DNA of 40,749 nt from a virus (lineage: Duplodnaviria > Caudoviricetes). The notes under the pieces were generated by a model, which did no database searches, was not told the DNA's origin, and saw only the letters and a program-made list of their open reading frames with translations. Below, in pieces: positions 1 to 10,162 of this stretch (within the stretch, counting starts at the first letter, position 1; every line of letters begins with the position of its first letter). The DNA is taken from positions 1 to 40,749 of the IMG/VR virus record IMGVR_UViG_3300033076_000803; one strand, given 5' to 3'. Made by a program: the position numbers and the translations under genes.

Positions 1-687
1 AAGGCTTCGTCTGCTACAGCCCTCACGTCAACGTTGACACGCTACACACACACAGCGGCCAACACGGGCGGGGGCACTGTTGCCAGAAACGCCCCATTCA
101 TCGGCATTCCAGTGACAGGCGGAGTTGCAATTGATCGCGTAATTAGGATTACGGCTTATCAGCTTTCGCAAGCCTCCTTCGCCCTGTCCCCAATCCTTAA
201 CGCCGCTGGCGTAACTTCATCCGCCACCACGCAGCCCGCCGATGTGGTGTATCTGCCGATCAGTGGGGTTGGGCTGGAATATACGATTTACGCACAGACA
301 GCCGTTTTGGCGAGCCATGTGTCGAGCGGTGCCTTGATCGAAGCTTGGGCGTCGTCTTCTGACCGTATTCGGCCAAATATCAGCCAAGCAACGCAGGGCG
401 GTTCGGTCACGAGCGGCGGTTCATCGCGAAGCATCGCGGCCTTCACTGCGGGCTCCGGCGCGGCGCGAAAGGTTGCAATGCGCGTGCAGGGCGGCAACAT
501 CATCGTTTCATGCAATGGCAGCCTTGGCACTGCTGATACAGGGGCAGCCCCAACGGTTGCGCCGTCGCGGCTTTATTTTGGGTCTGGCGCGGGCGGGACG
601 GCTGCGTTCCTCAATGACGAGTTGCTGCGAGGGGCAATTATCCCCCGCGCCTTGTCTGACGCTGAACTGCAAACGTTGACGACCTGA
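1..687 (+). CDS. C-terminal part of head spike/fibre protein (LamG/ConA-like C-terminus); continues from 40165-40749 across the origin, 423 aa in total
   Basis: Frame 1 open from base 1 (KASSATALTSTLTRYTH...); ends ...GAIIPRALSDAELQTLTT, a typical LamG-like terminal motif. Confidence 0.75.
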   Translation, partial: KASSATALTSTLTRYTHTAANTGGGTVARNAPFIGIPVTGGVAIDRVIRITAYQLSQASFALSPILNAAGVTSSATTQPADVVYLPISGVGLEYTIYAQTAVLASHVSSGALIEAWASSSDRIRPNISQATQGGSVTSGGSSRSIAAFTAGSGAARKVAMRVQGGNIIVSCNGSLGTADTGAAPTVAPSRLYFGSGAGGTAAFLNDELLRGAIIPRALSDAELQTLTT

Positions 688-691
688 GAGG

Positions 692-1096
692 ATGCCAATG
701 CTTGATCAGCTTCACCGCTTTGCTTCGGCATACGAAGCAGAGAACGCCTTCCCGCGCCCGCTGGATGATGATGGTCAGCAGATCAATGCGCCCTGCTGGA
801 TGGCTGGTACGGCAACCGTGATGCCTGTCACAGTGTTCGTCATGGACAACGGCGCGGTGCGGCCCTCGGTTGAGGTCTGGTATGGCGTTTCTGTGCCAGA
901 CGAAGACGCCAATATGTTTTGGGATATGGCATCGGCAGCGGTAGAATTGCGGCCTCCCGGCGGCTCGGCATTCTGGACTGATCAAGTCACGCGCGCTCGC
1001 ATTGATGCCGCAACGGCTTCGGCAGTCATGGGCGTTTCACCAACGTTCGCCGGGCGTGGCTACACCTTCCCTGAGTGGCCTGCTGCTGATGCCTAA
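692..1096 (+). CDS. Hypothetical protein (possible fibre-associated chaperone)
   Basis: 134 aa ORF with GAGG just upstream, directly after the head fibre gene. Confidence 0.6.
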   Translation: MPMLDQLHRFASAYEAENAFPRPLDDDGQQINAPCWMAGTATVMPVTVFVMDNGAVRPSVEVWYGVSVPDEDANMFWDMASAAVELRPPGGSAFWTDQVTRARIDAATASAVMGVSPTFAGRGYTFPEWPAADA

Positions 1097-1382
1097 GTTT
1101 GTCTTTCGGGACGGCCATTGGCGGGACCCTGAGAGCGGGAAGCAAATGGACCTGCCGGAACGCGACGGGCTTTGCCTGCCGATGCTCATTCCTGATGTGC
1201 GCGAGTATGTTAGCCCGATTGACGGGAAGCCCATCACTAGCCGCTCGACGGAACGCGAAGAACTGAAGCGCCACGGTTGCGTAATTGTGCCGCCGAAAAA
1301 GCGCGAATTCAAAAACCCGCATTTCATGAAGAAGCGCGGGATTGCCCCTGATGGCCGGAAAGACCCTTCCCGCCACGCCTAA
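1089..1382 (+). CDS. Hypothetical head-module protein upstream of scaffold
   Basis: ATG 1089 overlaps the previous gene end; MPKFVFRDGHW...YVSPIDGKPITSRSTEREELKRHGC; position between portal region and scaffold. Confidence 0.65.
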   Translation: MPKFVFRDGHWRDPESGKQMDLPERDGLCLPMLIPDVREYVSPIDGKPITSRSTEREELKRHGCVIVPPKKREFKNPHFMKKRGIAPDGRKDPSRHA

Positions 1383-1397
1383 CCAAGGATCGTTTTG

Positions 1398-2402
1398 ATG
1401 GAAGTCGAAAACGTCGCCACAAGCGGCGCGGATACTGCTGCGCCTGTTGCAACCGATGCCGTTGTTTCACAGGCAGAGCCATCATTTGACAACATTGACA
1501 GCGATTTGCGCGCGGTTTGGGACAAATCGCATGCGCCCCGCGATGAAAGCGGGAAATTCGCGTCACCAGATGCCCCGACAGGGGATAAACCCGCCGAAAA
1601 TCCGGCAACGCCTGAGCAGAAACCCGCGACAACGCGAGAAATGCCAGCGAGTTGGAAATCTCGGCAATTCGAAACGCATTGGCAGACCCTTTCGCCGGAT
1701 GCCCAAGACGCAATCTTGGCGCGCGAACAGGAAATGACTGCCGGTGTGCAGAAACTTCAGGAACGGTTCAAGCCTCTTGAGCCCATCCAGAATGTCATTA
1801 ACCAGCATGCCGAACGTCTCCAATCGAACGGGCTTGACCCGGCAACGGCGATACAACGCCTATTCGAAGCAGAGCGGCGGCTAGCAACCGACCCGGTTAA
1901 TTCCATCATCTGGCTGGCCAAGTCATACGGTGTTGACCCTTCAAAACTGGCGCTTGCCTCCCAAGGCCAGCCCACGACGAACAGCGACCCGCTTGTCCAA
2001 AGCCTCGTGGCCGAACTCAATCAGGTCAAAGCCCTGGTTCAGCAGCAGCAGTCACAAACTGTCCAGCAGCAAGAAGCCGCCATGATGGCCGAAATCGACG
2101 CATTCAAGAAGAATGCCGAACATTTTGAAGACCTCCGCGATGACATGGCCAAATTGCTGACCGCAGGCGTGGCCTCAACGCTTCAAGAAGCGTATCAGCT
2201 TGCCCAATTAAGCAACCAGACCGTGCGCGACAAGGTGCTTGCCGCCGAAGTCGAAAAGCGCATTGCAGCGCAGCGTGAGGAAGCCGCCAAAGCGGCCAAA
2301 GCCGGGAAAGTCAACGTCAAGGGCGGTCCTGCGAGCGGTGCCGCGTCGCAAACCATTGATGACACGCTGAGCGCCATCGCGCGCAAGGCTTACGCTTCAT
2401 AA
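1398..2402 (+). CDS. Capsid scaffolding protein
   Basis: AAGGA RBS; acidic disordered N-terminus with RDESGKFA motif, helical Q/A-rich body, directly upstream of the capsid gene. Confidence 0.85.
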   Translation: MEVENVATSGADTAAPVATDAVVSQAEPSFDNIDSDLRAVWDKSHAPRDESGKFASPDAPTGDKPAENPATPEQKPATTREMPASWKSRQFETHWQTLSPDAQDAILAREQEMTAGVQKLQERFKPLEPIQNVINQHAERLQSNGLDPATAIQRLFEAERRLATDPVNSIIWLAKSYGVDPSKLALASQGQPTTNSDPLVQSLVAELNQVKALVQQQQSQTVQQQEAAMMAEIDAFKKNAEHFEDLRDDMAKLLTAGVASTLQEAYQLAQLSNQTVRDKVLAAEVEKRIAAQREEAAKAAKAGKVNVKGGPASGAASQTIDDTLSAIARKAYAS

Positions 2403-2414
2403 GGAACTCACAAA

Positions 2415-3380
2415 ATGCCTTCTCCGAATAGCGTTTTCACCGAAATGGTGACGACGACCCTTCGCAATCACGCGAAGACGGTCGTGGACAACGTGTCCAA
2501 GCACAACGCGCTGCTTTCCCGCATGAAGGATCGCGGCAACATCAAAACCAAGTCTGGCGGTTACGAAATCGTTCTGCCGGTCGAATACGCCGAAAACGGC
2601 ACCTACCAGCGCTACAGCGGTTATGACACGCTGAACATCGCTGCGTCTGACGTGCTGACCGCTGCCAAGTATGACTGGGCGCAGGTTGCCATCAACGTCA
2701 CGGCTTCAGGCCGCGAACTGAAGATGAACAACGGCCCTGAGCAGATGATTGATCTGGTCAAGGCGCGCATCAAGAACGCCACGAATACGGCTGCCAACAA
2801 TATGTCGGTGGACCTGTATTCTGACGGCGCTCTGACAAACCAAGTCGGCGGTCTGGCTCTGATTATCCAGAACAACGGACAGGGGACTGTTGGCGGCATC
2901 AACTCCGCTACCTACACCTTCTGGCGTAACAAGTTCCGCGAAATCAGCGGGACCAACACTTGGTCGGCTACCACGATCCAGGGTGAGTTCAACAACCTCT
3001 GGTATTCGCTGAACCGTGGCGCGGACAAGCCGGACCTGATCGTGTCGTCGCACGATTTCTATGCTGCTTATGAAGCCTCGCTTCAGACGCAGCAGCGCTG
3101 GTCTTCGGCGGACAAGGCCTCGGCGGGCTTTGACAGCCTGAAATACAAGTCGGCGGATATCATTTTCGACGACAACACCAACTTCGGGACCACGGCTGAA
3201 AAAGCCTACTTCCTGAACACCAAGTATCTCTACCTGATCCAGCATTCCGAGGCGCAGTGGACGCAGGACGACGAGAAAAAGCCGATCAATCAGGATGCTG
3301 TTGTCATTCCGATGTATTGGATGGGCAACCTCGTTTGTTCCAACCGCTCGCTTCAGGGCGTGCTGATCGACGCATCGTAA
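2415..3380 (+). CDS. Major capsid protein
   Basis: 321 aa, AAGGA RBS; TTTLRNHAKTVVDNV, YSGYDTL, GTVGGINSATYTFWRN, WMGNLVCSNRSLQGVL resemble podoviral HK97-fold coat proteins; follows scaffold. Confidence 0.9.
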   Translation: MPSPNSVFTEMVTTTLRNHAKTVVDNVSKHNALLSRMKDRGNIKTKSGGYEIVLPVEYAENGTYQRYSGYDTLNIAASDVLTAAKYDWAQVAINVTASGRELKMNNGPEQMIDLVKARIKNATNTAANNMSVDLYSDGALTNQVGGLALIIQNNGQGTVGGINSATYTFWRNKFREISGTNTWSATTIQGEFNNLWYSLNRGADKPDLIVSSHDFYAAYEASLQTQQRWSSADKASAGFDSLKYKSADIIFDDNTNFGTTAEKAYFLNTKYLYLIQHSEAQWTQDDEKKPINQDAVVIPMYWMGNLVCSNRSLQGVLIDAS

Positions 3381-3392
3381 ATGGGGGCTATC

Positions 3393-3878
3393 ATGCATCT
3401 TGTTGGGACTAACTTCACGGATAGCTTCACGGCCTCCGAACTTCTGACGCTTGGCCGGGGCTTCAGCGTGGGTGACCGCGCTGTTGACCACAACGGGAAC
3501 GAATATCTGTTCGTTCTTGCGGGTGCCGGTGGCTTCACTGGCGACGGCTACGTTGTCATCGTTGATGAAGTCTACGGCGGTGTTCAGCTTTCGACCTCGA
3601 ACGATGCGCGCGGTGATATCGTGGGCGTTGCCAAGGCGGCGGTTGCGGCCTCGTCTTACGGCTGGGTTCAGGTCAAGGGTGTTGCGAACGTCCAGGTTGC
3701 CGCCTCGTGCGCTGCCAACGTTCGCTTGAACACCACGGCGACGGCTGGCCAGATCGACGATGACGGCACCACGGGCGCGATGCAGGTGCAGGGCATCTAC
3801 CTGACCACGGCTCGCGCGGCTTCGGCTGGCACGGCTCCTGGCGTGCTGAACTATCCGTATGTTGACGTCACGCTTTGA
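3393..3878 (+). CDS. Capsid decoration/cement protein
   Basis: Small G/A/T/V-rich beta protein after the capsid gene with YGWVQVKG motif; GGGGG RBS before ATG 3393. Confidence 0.7.
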   Translation: MHLVGTNFTDSFTASELLTLGRGFSVGDRAVDHNGNEYLFVLAGAGGFTGDGYVVIVDEVYGGVQLSTSNDARGDIVGVAKAAVAASSYGWVQVKGVANVQVAASCAANVRLNTTATAGQIDDDGTTGAMQVQGIYLTTARAASAGTAPGVLNYPYVDVTL

Positions 3879-3884
3879 TAACTG

Positions 3885-3910
3885 AGGGGGGCTCCGGCCC
3901 CCCTTTCCCT
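3885..3910 (+). terminator. Hairpin, probable weak intrinsic terminator after capsid/decoration genes
   Basis: AGGGGGGC-TCCG-GCCCCCCT stem followed by pyrimidine run TTCCCTTCC. Confidence 0.65.
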
Positions 3911-3934
3911 TCCTCCAGCCCACAAGGCGAAATC

Positions 3935-4555
3935 ATGTCTGTTGCACCTACCATCCACGTCAAACGCTTCTTTACCGAATACAAGCAGGTTCCCGTTGGT
4001 GGCGAAATGACCACGGTTGAACGCGATATGTGCGAATATGGCCCTCTCGGCTCGCTGGACCGCACAAGCATCGTCGCTTCCATTTCCAGCCTTTCGAAAT
4101 TGATTGACGATCCTGATAACCCGGCTGCCTTCCTCGCTCGCATGCGATGGGAGCAGATCAAGCCGCGTTACGAGGATTGGAAAGCCGGGCGCGAAACGCC
4201 GAAGGATGGCACGCCGTTGGCCGCTTGGCCGGGCCTTAGCCATGAGCAGGCCGAACATCTTCGGATGATGCGCGTAACCACGGTGGAAGAACTCTCGCAG
4301 CTTACCGACACGCACATTTCACGGCTGAACTTGCCGAACATGCGCTCGATTGTTGAGCAGGCCAAGATTTATGTTTCGAACAAGGGCAGCGCGGCTCTCG
4401 CGTCCGTAGTTGAGCGGATGCAGGCTGAAATCGAAGCCCTCAAGGAAGAAAACGCCATCGCCCGCAAGGCCTTGCTTGCTGACGAAGACACGACCGATGC
4501 GCCCAAGCGCCGTGGTCGCCCGCCCAAAGCCGCTGAAGCTGAGGAAGTCGCCTAA
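3935..4555 (+). CDS. Hypothetical head-module protein (helix-hairpin-helix-like core, basic KRRGRPPK tail)
   Basis: GTPLAAWPGLS...VTTVEELSQLTD segment; AAGG upstream; TAATG overlap with the next gene. Confidence 0.65.
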   Translation: MSVAPTIHVKRFFTEYKQVPVGGEMTTVERDMCEYGPLGSLDRTSIVASISSLSKLIDDPDNPAAFLARMRWEQIKPRYEDWKAGRETPKDGTPLAAWPGLSHEQAEHLRMMRVTTVEELSQLTDTHISRLNLPNMRSIVEQAKIYVSNKGSAALASVVERMQAEIEALKEENAIARKALLADEDTTDAPKRRGRPPKAAEAEEVA

Positions 4556-5259
4556 TGTCATTGCTCACCATCATCCAATCCGCAGCGCAGCAATTGAGCC
4601 TTGCGGTTCCTGCTACGGTGGTGGGCAATACGGCGGATACTCAGGTGCATCTGCTGCGGCTGGCACAAGAGGAAGGCCGCGCACTGGCTGAACGCCATAT
4701 GTGGCAAGCATTGATGCGTGAACACACATTCACGACCGATGCCGCAGAAGCGCAGTCAACCGGCCTTCCGTCCGACATTGACCGAGACCGCATTGTGCCG
4801 TCAACGCTGTTCAACCGCACGCAGCGGCGGCGCGTTGTTGGCCCGATGAGCCCCGAAGAATGGCAGCACCACAAAAGCCAGCTTATTACGCGGGTTAATC
4901 CGGCCTATCGCATCCGGCAAAGCACGTTCTACTTGCTGCCAATCCCGCCCGCTGGCGAAACAATCGCTTATGAGTATATCACCAAGAACTGGTGTGCCTC
5001 GTCTGGTGGCACGGCTCAAAGCGCGTGGGCTGCCGATACTGACACGGCGGTTCTTGACGAAAAGCTTATCACTCTTGGCATCGTGTGGCGCTTTAAGCAG
5101 GCCAAGGGGATGGATTATCAGGCTGACGCGGAATTGTATAATCGCTCGGTCATGGATGCTATTTTGCGCGACGGTACGCGCCCTGTCATCACGCTTGATA
5201 ACATGGGCTATGACCGCAAGCCCTATGCGCCGCAGACCCCGGAAACGCTGGTGTTCTGA
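4555..5259 (+). CDS. Head-tail adaptor (tail tubular protein A-like)
   Basis: 234 aa; MSLLTII..., LITLGIVWRFKQAKGMDY; synteny before the nozzle gene. Confidence 0.75.
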   Translation: MSLLTIIQSAAQQLSLAVPATVVGNTADTQVHLLRLAQEEGRALAERHMWQALMREHTFTTDAAEAQSTGLPSDIDRDRIVPSTLFNRTQRRRVVGPMSPEEWQHHKSQLITRVNPAYRIRQSTFYLLPIPPAGETIAYEYITKNWCASSGGTAQSAWAADTDTAVLDEKLITLGIVWRFKQAKGMDYQADAELYNRSVMDAILRDGTRPVITLDNMGYDRKPYAPQTPETLVF

Positions 5260-6788
5260 TGGCGCGACGGCAGATTGCACGCCAAGCCACGCTACCGGCT
5301 CCTATCGGTGGCCTGAATACGCGCGACCCGGTTCAATCGGTTCCGAATACGGACGCGCTGCGGCTGGAAAACTGGGTTGTCAAGCCAGGCAAGATTGCAA
5401 CTAGACGCGGTTACGAATTGCTGGCTACCGGTCTTGGTGCCGAAGTCGAAACCCTGATGGAATATTCGCCACAGTCTGGTGATGCGAAGCTGTTCGCAAT
5501 CTCTGATGGCGAGATTTGGCGGGTTGACGACGCTGACGTTGCGGATGGCTCGCTTACTGGTTCGGCGGCGGTTACAGGTCTTACGAACAGCCGCTGGCAG
5601 CATACCATGTTTGGCACGGCGGCAGGGGCATTCCTCGTGCTCTGCAATGGTGCTGACGCGGTTCGCAATTACAACGGTTCGACATGGACGAGCCCGACGA
5701 TTACGGGCGCAACGTCTGCCAATCTGATCAATGTATGCGCTCACAAGGGGCGGCTTTGGTTTGTCGAAAAGGACACGCTAAAGGCGTGGTATCTTGGCAC
5801 GGCCTCGATTAGCGGCACGGCGACCGAGTTTAATATGTCTTCGTTGTTCCGCAAGGGCGGCAAGCTTCTCGCAATTGGCACATGGACGCGAGATGGCGGC
5901 GCTGGGCCTGATGACAATTGGGTTGCCGTGAGCAGCCAAGGTGAAGCAATTATCTATGCTGGAACGGACCCGTCTAGCGCCTCTACATGGTCACTTGTGG
6001 GGGTGTACAGCATCCCCAAGCCAATCGGCTATCGGTGCCTCTATCGCGCGGGTTCTGACCTTGCCATCCTGACCGAACGCGGGCTTGTCTCGCTTTCGGA
6101 GGTTGTGTCTGTGTCGGAAGGCACGCAGGCTGCAACCGCGCTGACCAATAAGGTGTCTTCCTCGTTTGAGGAAAAGTCGCGCTTTTATCGCGATAACACC
6201 GGCTGGCAGGTTATCGAGTATCCGCTGGAAAACCTCGTTTTGGTCAATGTGCCGGACGATGGCGGAAGCACGCAATTTGCGTTTCAGATCGAAACGCGGG
6301 CTTGGTCCTATTTCACCGGCATCAATGCGCTGTGCTGGTCGATGTTCGACACGGGCCTGTATTTTGGCGATCGGGCAGGCAAAGTGTGGCGTTACGGCGA
6401 GGCAAGTAGCGACAACCTAGCGGGCATTACGGCAACCGTACAAACCTCTTTCGGCCGCATGAGCGCAAATGGTCAGAAGCGGTTTTTGATGTGCCGCCCG
6501 TCAATGACCGCGCCCAATTCTCTTGTCCCGCAAGTCACTGTTTTGACAGATTACGACATGACCGGGAACACGTTCATTAACGTGGTGCAATTTGAAGATA
6601 GCGGCGCGCTTTGGGATGTCGCCGAATGGGATGTCGCGCCTTGGTCTGTGCAGATCGTGCCGAACAGCCGGTGGCATGCGGTCAACGGTTACGGCCATAC
6701 CGCAGCTTTAGCTTTCTCTGTCACGACCGATACAGAGATCGAAGTCCATGGCTTTGACCTGCTGTTCGAGGCAGGCGGGCCGGTATGA
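5259..6788 (+). CDS. Tail nozzle / packaged-DNA stabilisation protein (P22 gp10 / tubular protein B-like)
   Basis: 509 aa beta-rich; PAPIGGLNTRD N-terminus, WDVAEWDVAPW repeat; synteny. Confidence 0.8.
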   Translation: MARRQIARQATLPAPIGGLNTRDPVQSVPNTDALRLENWVVKPGKIATRRGYELLATGLGAEVETLMEYSPQSGDAKLFAISDGEIWRVDDADVADGSLTGSAAVTGLTNSRWQHTMFGTAAGAFLVLCNGADAVRNYNGSTWTSPTITGATSANLINVCAHKGRLWFVEKDTLKAWYLGTASISGTATEFNMSSLFRKGGKLLAIGTWTRDGGAGPDDNWVAVSSQGEAIIYAGTDPSSASTWSLVGVYSIPKPIGYRCLYRAGSDLAILTERGLVSLSEVVSVSEGTQAATALTNKVSSSFEEKSRFYRDNTGWQVIEYPLENLVLVNVPDDGGSTQFAFQIETRAWSYFTGINALCWSMFDTGLYFGDRAGKVWRYGEASSDNLAGITATVQTSFGRMSANGQKRFLMCRPSMTAPNSLVPQVTVLTDYDMTGNTFINVVQFEDSGALWDVAEWDVAPWSVQIVPNSRWHAVNGYGHTAALAFSVTTDTEIEVHGFDLLFEAGGPV

Positions 6789-7246
6789 GGCAGATTGTCG
6801 GGCGCGTTCTCTATGGCGCTGACGAGGAAGTGGCGGCGTTTGTCCGGACAAGAATGCCGGTGGAAGCACAGCGCCTTGGCGGCTTTCCCGAAGGCGGGAC
6901 AATCGCGCTCGGCATCGTCAACGCCGATGGAAAGCTGGTGGCCGGTGTTGTCGGGTTCCATTTCCGCAAGCACGAATGCGCGGGCGCGGTTGCCAGTGAT
7001 GACGCCAGCGTTTGGACGCCTGCCGTTCTTCGGCGGCTGTTCCGGTATCCGTTCGTGCAGAAGGGTTATCGCCGTCTGACGGCTTATACGGGCGCAACGA
7101 ATATTCGCATGCAACGCCTGTTGCGCGGCGTTGGGTTCAAGCTTGAAGGGCGCTTGCGCCACGGCTTGGACGGCCAGGAAGATTTGCTTGTTTTCGGCCT
7201 TCTGAAAGAAGAATGCCGGTTTTTACCGAAGGAATGCCGCCCATGA
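6785..7246 (+). CDS. GNAT-fold protein (DUF2824/RimJ-like)
   Basis: LFRYPFVQKG...NIRMQRLLRGVGFKLEGRLR motif; such genes commonly lie between nozzle and ejection genes in podoviruses. Confidence 0.8.
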   Translation: MRQIVGRVLYGADEEVAAFVRTRMPVEAQRLGGFPEGGTIALGIVNADGKLVAGVVGFHFRKHECAGAVASDDASVWTPAVLRRLFRYPFVQKGYRRLTAYTGATNIRMQRLLRGVGFKLEGRLRHGLDGQEDLLVFGLLKEECRFLPKECRP

Positions 7247-9102
7247 TGGACGCACCCGATCCGCCCGAAACACCGAACCCGTATGCTTCGGCTGCGGCAC
7301 AGACGGGCGCGAACGTCAACACCGCGATTGCTAACACCAAGATGCAAAACGCGAATGTGTATGGCCCGACGGGTTCAAGCGAATTTACACAGACCGGCAC
7401 GCACCAGATCAAGGAAGCCCGTAAGAACAAAGACGGGACCGTGATGACGCAGAAGGTCTGGAAGCCGGATGACCCGGAAGCCGCTGCGCAATATCGCCGT
7501 GAGGTTGAAGGCACGCCAACGAAGACTTGGATTGCCACCGGGGGTGATGAAGGGCAGGGCGGCTATTATCAGGAAACCGGGGGCGGCAAGCGCTACATCG
7601 ACACCCGCACCGGCAAGGACTGGGTCGACGGTGGCCAGTGGGTCGATGAAATCCAGTATGACACCTATGACGTGCCGACTTACAGGCAGGATATCAAACT
7701 CTCTGAAAACCAGCAGCGCCTGTTAAACTATCAGGAAGGCGCTGGCATCGAGCTTGGCCAGCTTGGCCTTGACCAAATCCGCAAGCTGCAAGGCGTCCTC
7801 GGGGACAATTTCAGCCTTGATAAGGTTCAAGGTCTGCAAAACCGGCAGACGACAGTTAATCAGCCGAATATGGACAATGTGAATCTATCGGAGATCGACC
7901 GCTTGAAGCGGATCGAGCTTGATCGCATTGCCCTTGACCGCATCGGCGACGGGCCTCAACTACAGGAAAACATCAACGCGCGCAATCTGCGCGAAATGCA
8001 GGCTTATCGCGGCCAAGTGGCGGGAACGACTTACGACGCCAACGGGATGCCCGACTTTTCAGGCGACCGTCGCCGCGTTGAGGAAGCCATCTATTCGCGC
8101 CTTAATCCAGAGCTTGAGCGCGAAAAGGCGGCGCTTGACAATAAGCTGGTAAATGAGGGGTTCCAGCGCGGGACTGAAGCATACAACCGCGCCATGGATG
8201 AATATGCTCGACAGGCAAATGATGCGCGCATGCAGGCGATTCTTGCTGGCGGGCAAGAACAAAGCCGCATGTTTGGCGATGCCTTGGCCGCGTCCAATTT
8301 CCAGAATCAGGCGGCGCAGCTTTCCAACTCAACCGAATTGCAGGCACAGAACCAGTTGTTCGGGCAGGCCCAAGCCCGGCAGCAGGCGCTTAACGAAGCG
8401 CGTCAGCAAATGTATGGAAACGAGGTCAACAGGATCAACCTTAACAACCAATTTACCGGTGCCGAGGCTGGTTTTAACAACGCGGCCACGGTCACCGAGG
8501 CGCAGTTTAACAACGCTGCGGACGTCTCGGAATTGCAATTCAACAACGACGCCAGAATGCAGCAGGCCGGGTTCAACAACCAGGCTCGGCAATTCGATTT
8601 CGCAAATCAGATGGCGGCGGCGCAGTTTGGCAATGCTCAGAGGGAAGCCCAGATACAAGAGGCGCTTATGCAGCGCCAGATTCCGATTAACGAAATCTCG
8701 GCGCTGATGAGTGGGTCTCAGGTTCAGATGCCGCAGTTTGCCGGGTTCCAAGCCGCCAACATTCCGACGACGCCGGTTGGCGATTATATCTACCGGACCG
8801 CCGAACTTGATCAGCGCAACTATCAGGCGGAACTCGCCGCGCAACAGGCTTCCATGTCTGGCCTGTTCGGGCTTGGCTCTAGCTTGATCGGCGGCATGTT
8901 CAAGCTTTCGGATCGCCGAGTGAAAACTGACATTGAATGGGTCGGCACTGAAAGGGGCCTTGGCGTTTATCGGTTCCGCTACATCGCGGGCGGGCCTCCG
9001 CAAATCGGCTACATGGCAGACGAGGTTAAGGCGCTTTATCCGCATGCAGTCATCACCGAAGGCGGGATTGACCGCGTGAATTATGAAAGGATTGCGGCAT
9101 GA
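7243..9102 (+). CDS. Internal virion/ejection-type protein with C-terminal Peptidase_S74-like intramolecular chaperone
   Basis: ATGA overlap; Q/N/A-rich helical body; C-terminal SDRRVKTDI...GYMADEV...RVNY. Confidence 0.75.
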   Translation: MMDAPDPPETPNPYASAAAQTGANVNTAIANTKMQNANVYGPTGSSEFTQTGTHQIKEARKNKDGTVMTQKVWKPDDPEAAAQYRREVEGTPTKTWIATGGDEGQGGYYQETGGGKRYIDTRTGKDWVDGGQWVDEIQYDTYDVPTYRQDIKLSENQQRLLNYQEGAGIELGQLGLDQIRKLQGVLGDNFSLDKVQGLQNRQTTVNQPNMDNVNLSEIDRLKRIELDRIALDRIGDGPQLQENINARNLREMQAYRGQVAGTTYDANGMPDFSGDRRRVEEAIYSRLNPELEREKAALDNKLVNEGFQRGTEAYNRAMDEYARQANDARMQAILAGGQEQSRMFGDALAASNFQNQAAQLSNSTELQAQNQLFGQAQARQQALNEARQQMYGNEVNRINLNNQFTGAEAGFNNAATVTEAQFNNAADVSELQFNNDARMQQAGFNNQARQFDFANQMAAAQFGNAQREAQIQEALMQRQIPINEISALMSGSQVQMPQFAGFQAANIPTTPVGDYIYRTAELDQRNYQAELAAQQASMSGLFGLGSSLIGGMFKLSDRRVKTDIEWVGTERGLGVYRFRYIAGGPPQIGYMADEVKALYPHAVITEGGIDRVNYERIAA

Positions 9103-9386
9103 TGGGCGGCGGCGGGTTTAATCCACAAATGCTGGCTGCCATGTTGCAGCGCAGGCAGGGCGGCGCGCCTCCGATGCCGGGCGCTGGCGGCATGAAACAA
9201 AATCCGGGACCGGGGGATTTTTCTGCCCAGATGATGGCCGAACGGGCTGCAATGCCCGCGATGGTTCCCGACGGCAGCCCTGACATGGTGGCGATGATGC
9301 GCAATCGTGGCCCGGCGCGTGCCGTCACGAACGGCATGGGCCAGCCAATGGGCGGCTTGATGGGCCTTGGTGCAAGGAAAATCTGA
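9099..9386 (+). CDS. Small M/G/P-rich hypothetical protein of the ejection module
   Basis: 95 aa, ATGA coupling to the upstream gene. Confidence 0.55.
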   Translation: MMGGGGFNPQMLAAMLQRRQGGAPPMPGAGGMKQNPGPGDFSAQMMAERAAMPAMVPDGSPDMVAMMRNRGPARAVTNGMGQPMGGLMGLGARKI

Positions 9387-9387
9387 G

Positions 9388-10161
9388 ATGCAAGATCGTC
9401 AGAAAATGGCCGAAATGCTTCGGCGCGGCATTAAGGACACGGCAACGTCCCTCGGGATCAGCCCGGTTGATCTTGCCACGGCCATTTCCTACGAAACCGC
9501 TGGCACCTTCGATCCGACCAAGCGCGGCCCAACAACGCAATGGGGCCAACATCGCGGCTTGATCCAGTTTGGACAGCCACAAGCGCAGAAATACGGGGTT
9601 GACTGGTCGCGCCCATTGGAAAGCCAACTTGGCCCTGAAGGTGCTGTTGCACGTTATCTGCGCGACACTGGCGTTAAGCCGGGCATGGGCTTGCTTGATA
9701 TTTATTCCGCGATCAATGCCGGGGGTGTTGGCCGTTACAACCGTTCGGACGCCAACAATGGTGGCGCGCCGGGGACCGTTCGCGATAAGGTTGAACGTCA
9801 GATGGACGAACACCGCGCCAAAGCAGCGGCATTGCTTGGTGTGGCTGATGCTCCCGGCGCGTTTGTCGCCGCCGAACGTCAGAAGCAGCCGCAAGACCCC
9901 GGCATGTATGCTGAAGCGCCTCCGCAGGCCATGGGCATGCCTTCGCCCCGCTCCATCCCCCCGCAGGCATCACCCGCCGCGCCGCAGCCCATGCAAGGGC
10001 CTGATGGCAGCCAAGTTTACAAAGTTGGCACGCTTCGCGATCCAGCGGGCGGCGGCACGATTGATAACATTGCTACGCAGCCAAACCCGACCGGCATCAT
10101 GCAGGGCATGGCTCGCGATGCTCAACTAAACGACCTCTACAACAAGCTTTTCGGAGGCTGA
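9388..10161 (+). CDS. Virion-associated lysozyme-like/lytic transglycosylase ejection protein
   Basis: LATAISYETAGTFDP (putative catalytic Glu) and HRGLIQF motifs; P/Q-rich tail; AAGGA RBS. Confidence 0.75.
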   Translation: MQDRQKMAEMLRRGIKDTATSLGISPVDLATAISYETAGTFDPTKRGPTTQWGQHRGLIQFGQPQAQKYGVDWSRPLESQLGPEGAVARYLRDTGVKPGMGLLDIYSAINAGGVGRYNRSDANNGGAPGTVRDKVERQMDEHRAKAAALLGVADAPGAFVAAERQKQPQDPGMYAEAPPQAMGMPSPRSIPPQASPAAPQPMQGPDGSQVYKVGTLRDPAGGGTIDNIATQPNPTGIMQGMARDAQLNDLYNKLFGG

Positions 10162-10162
10162 T

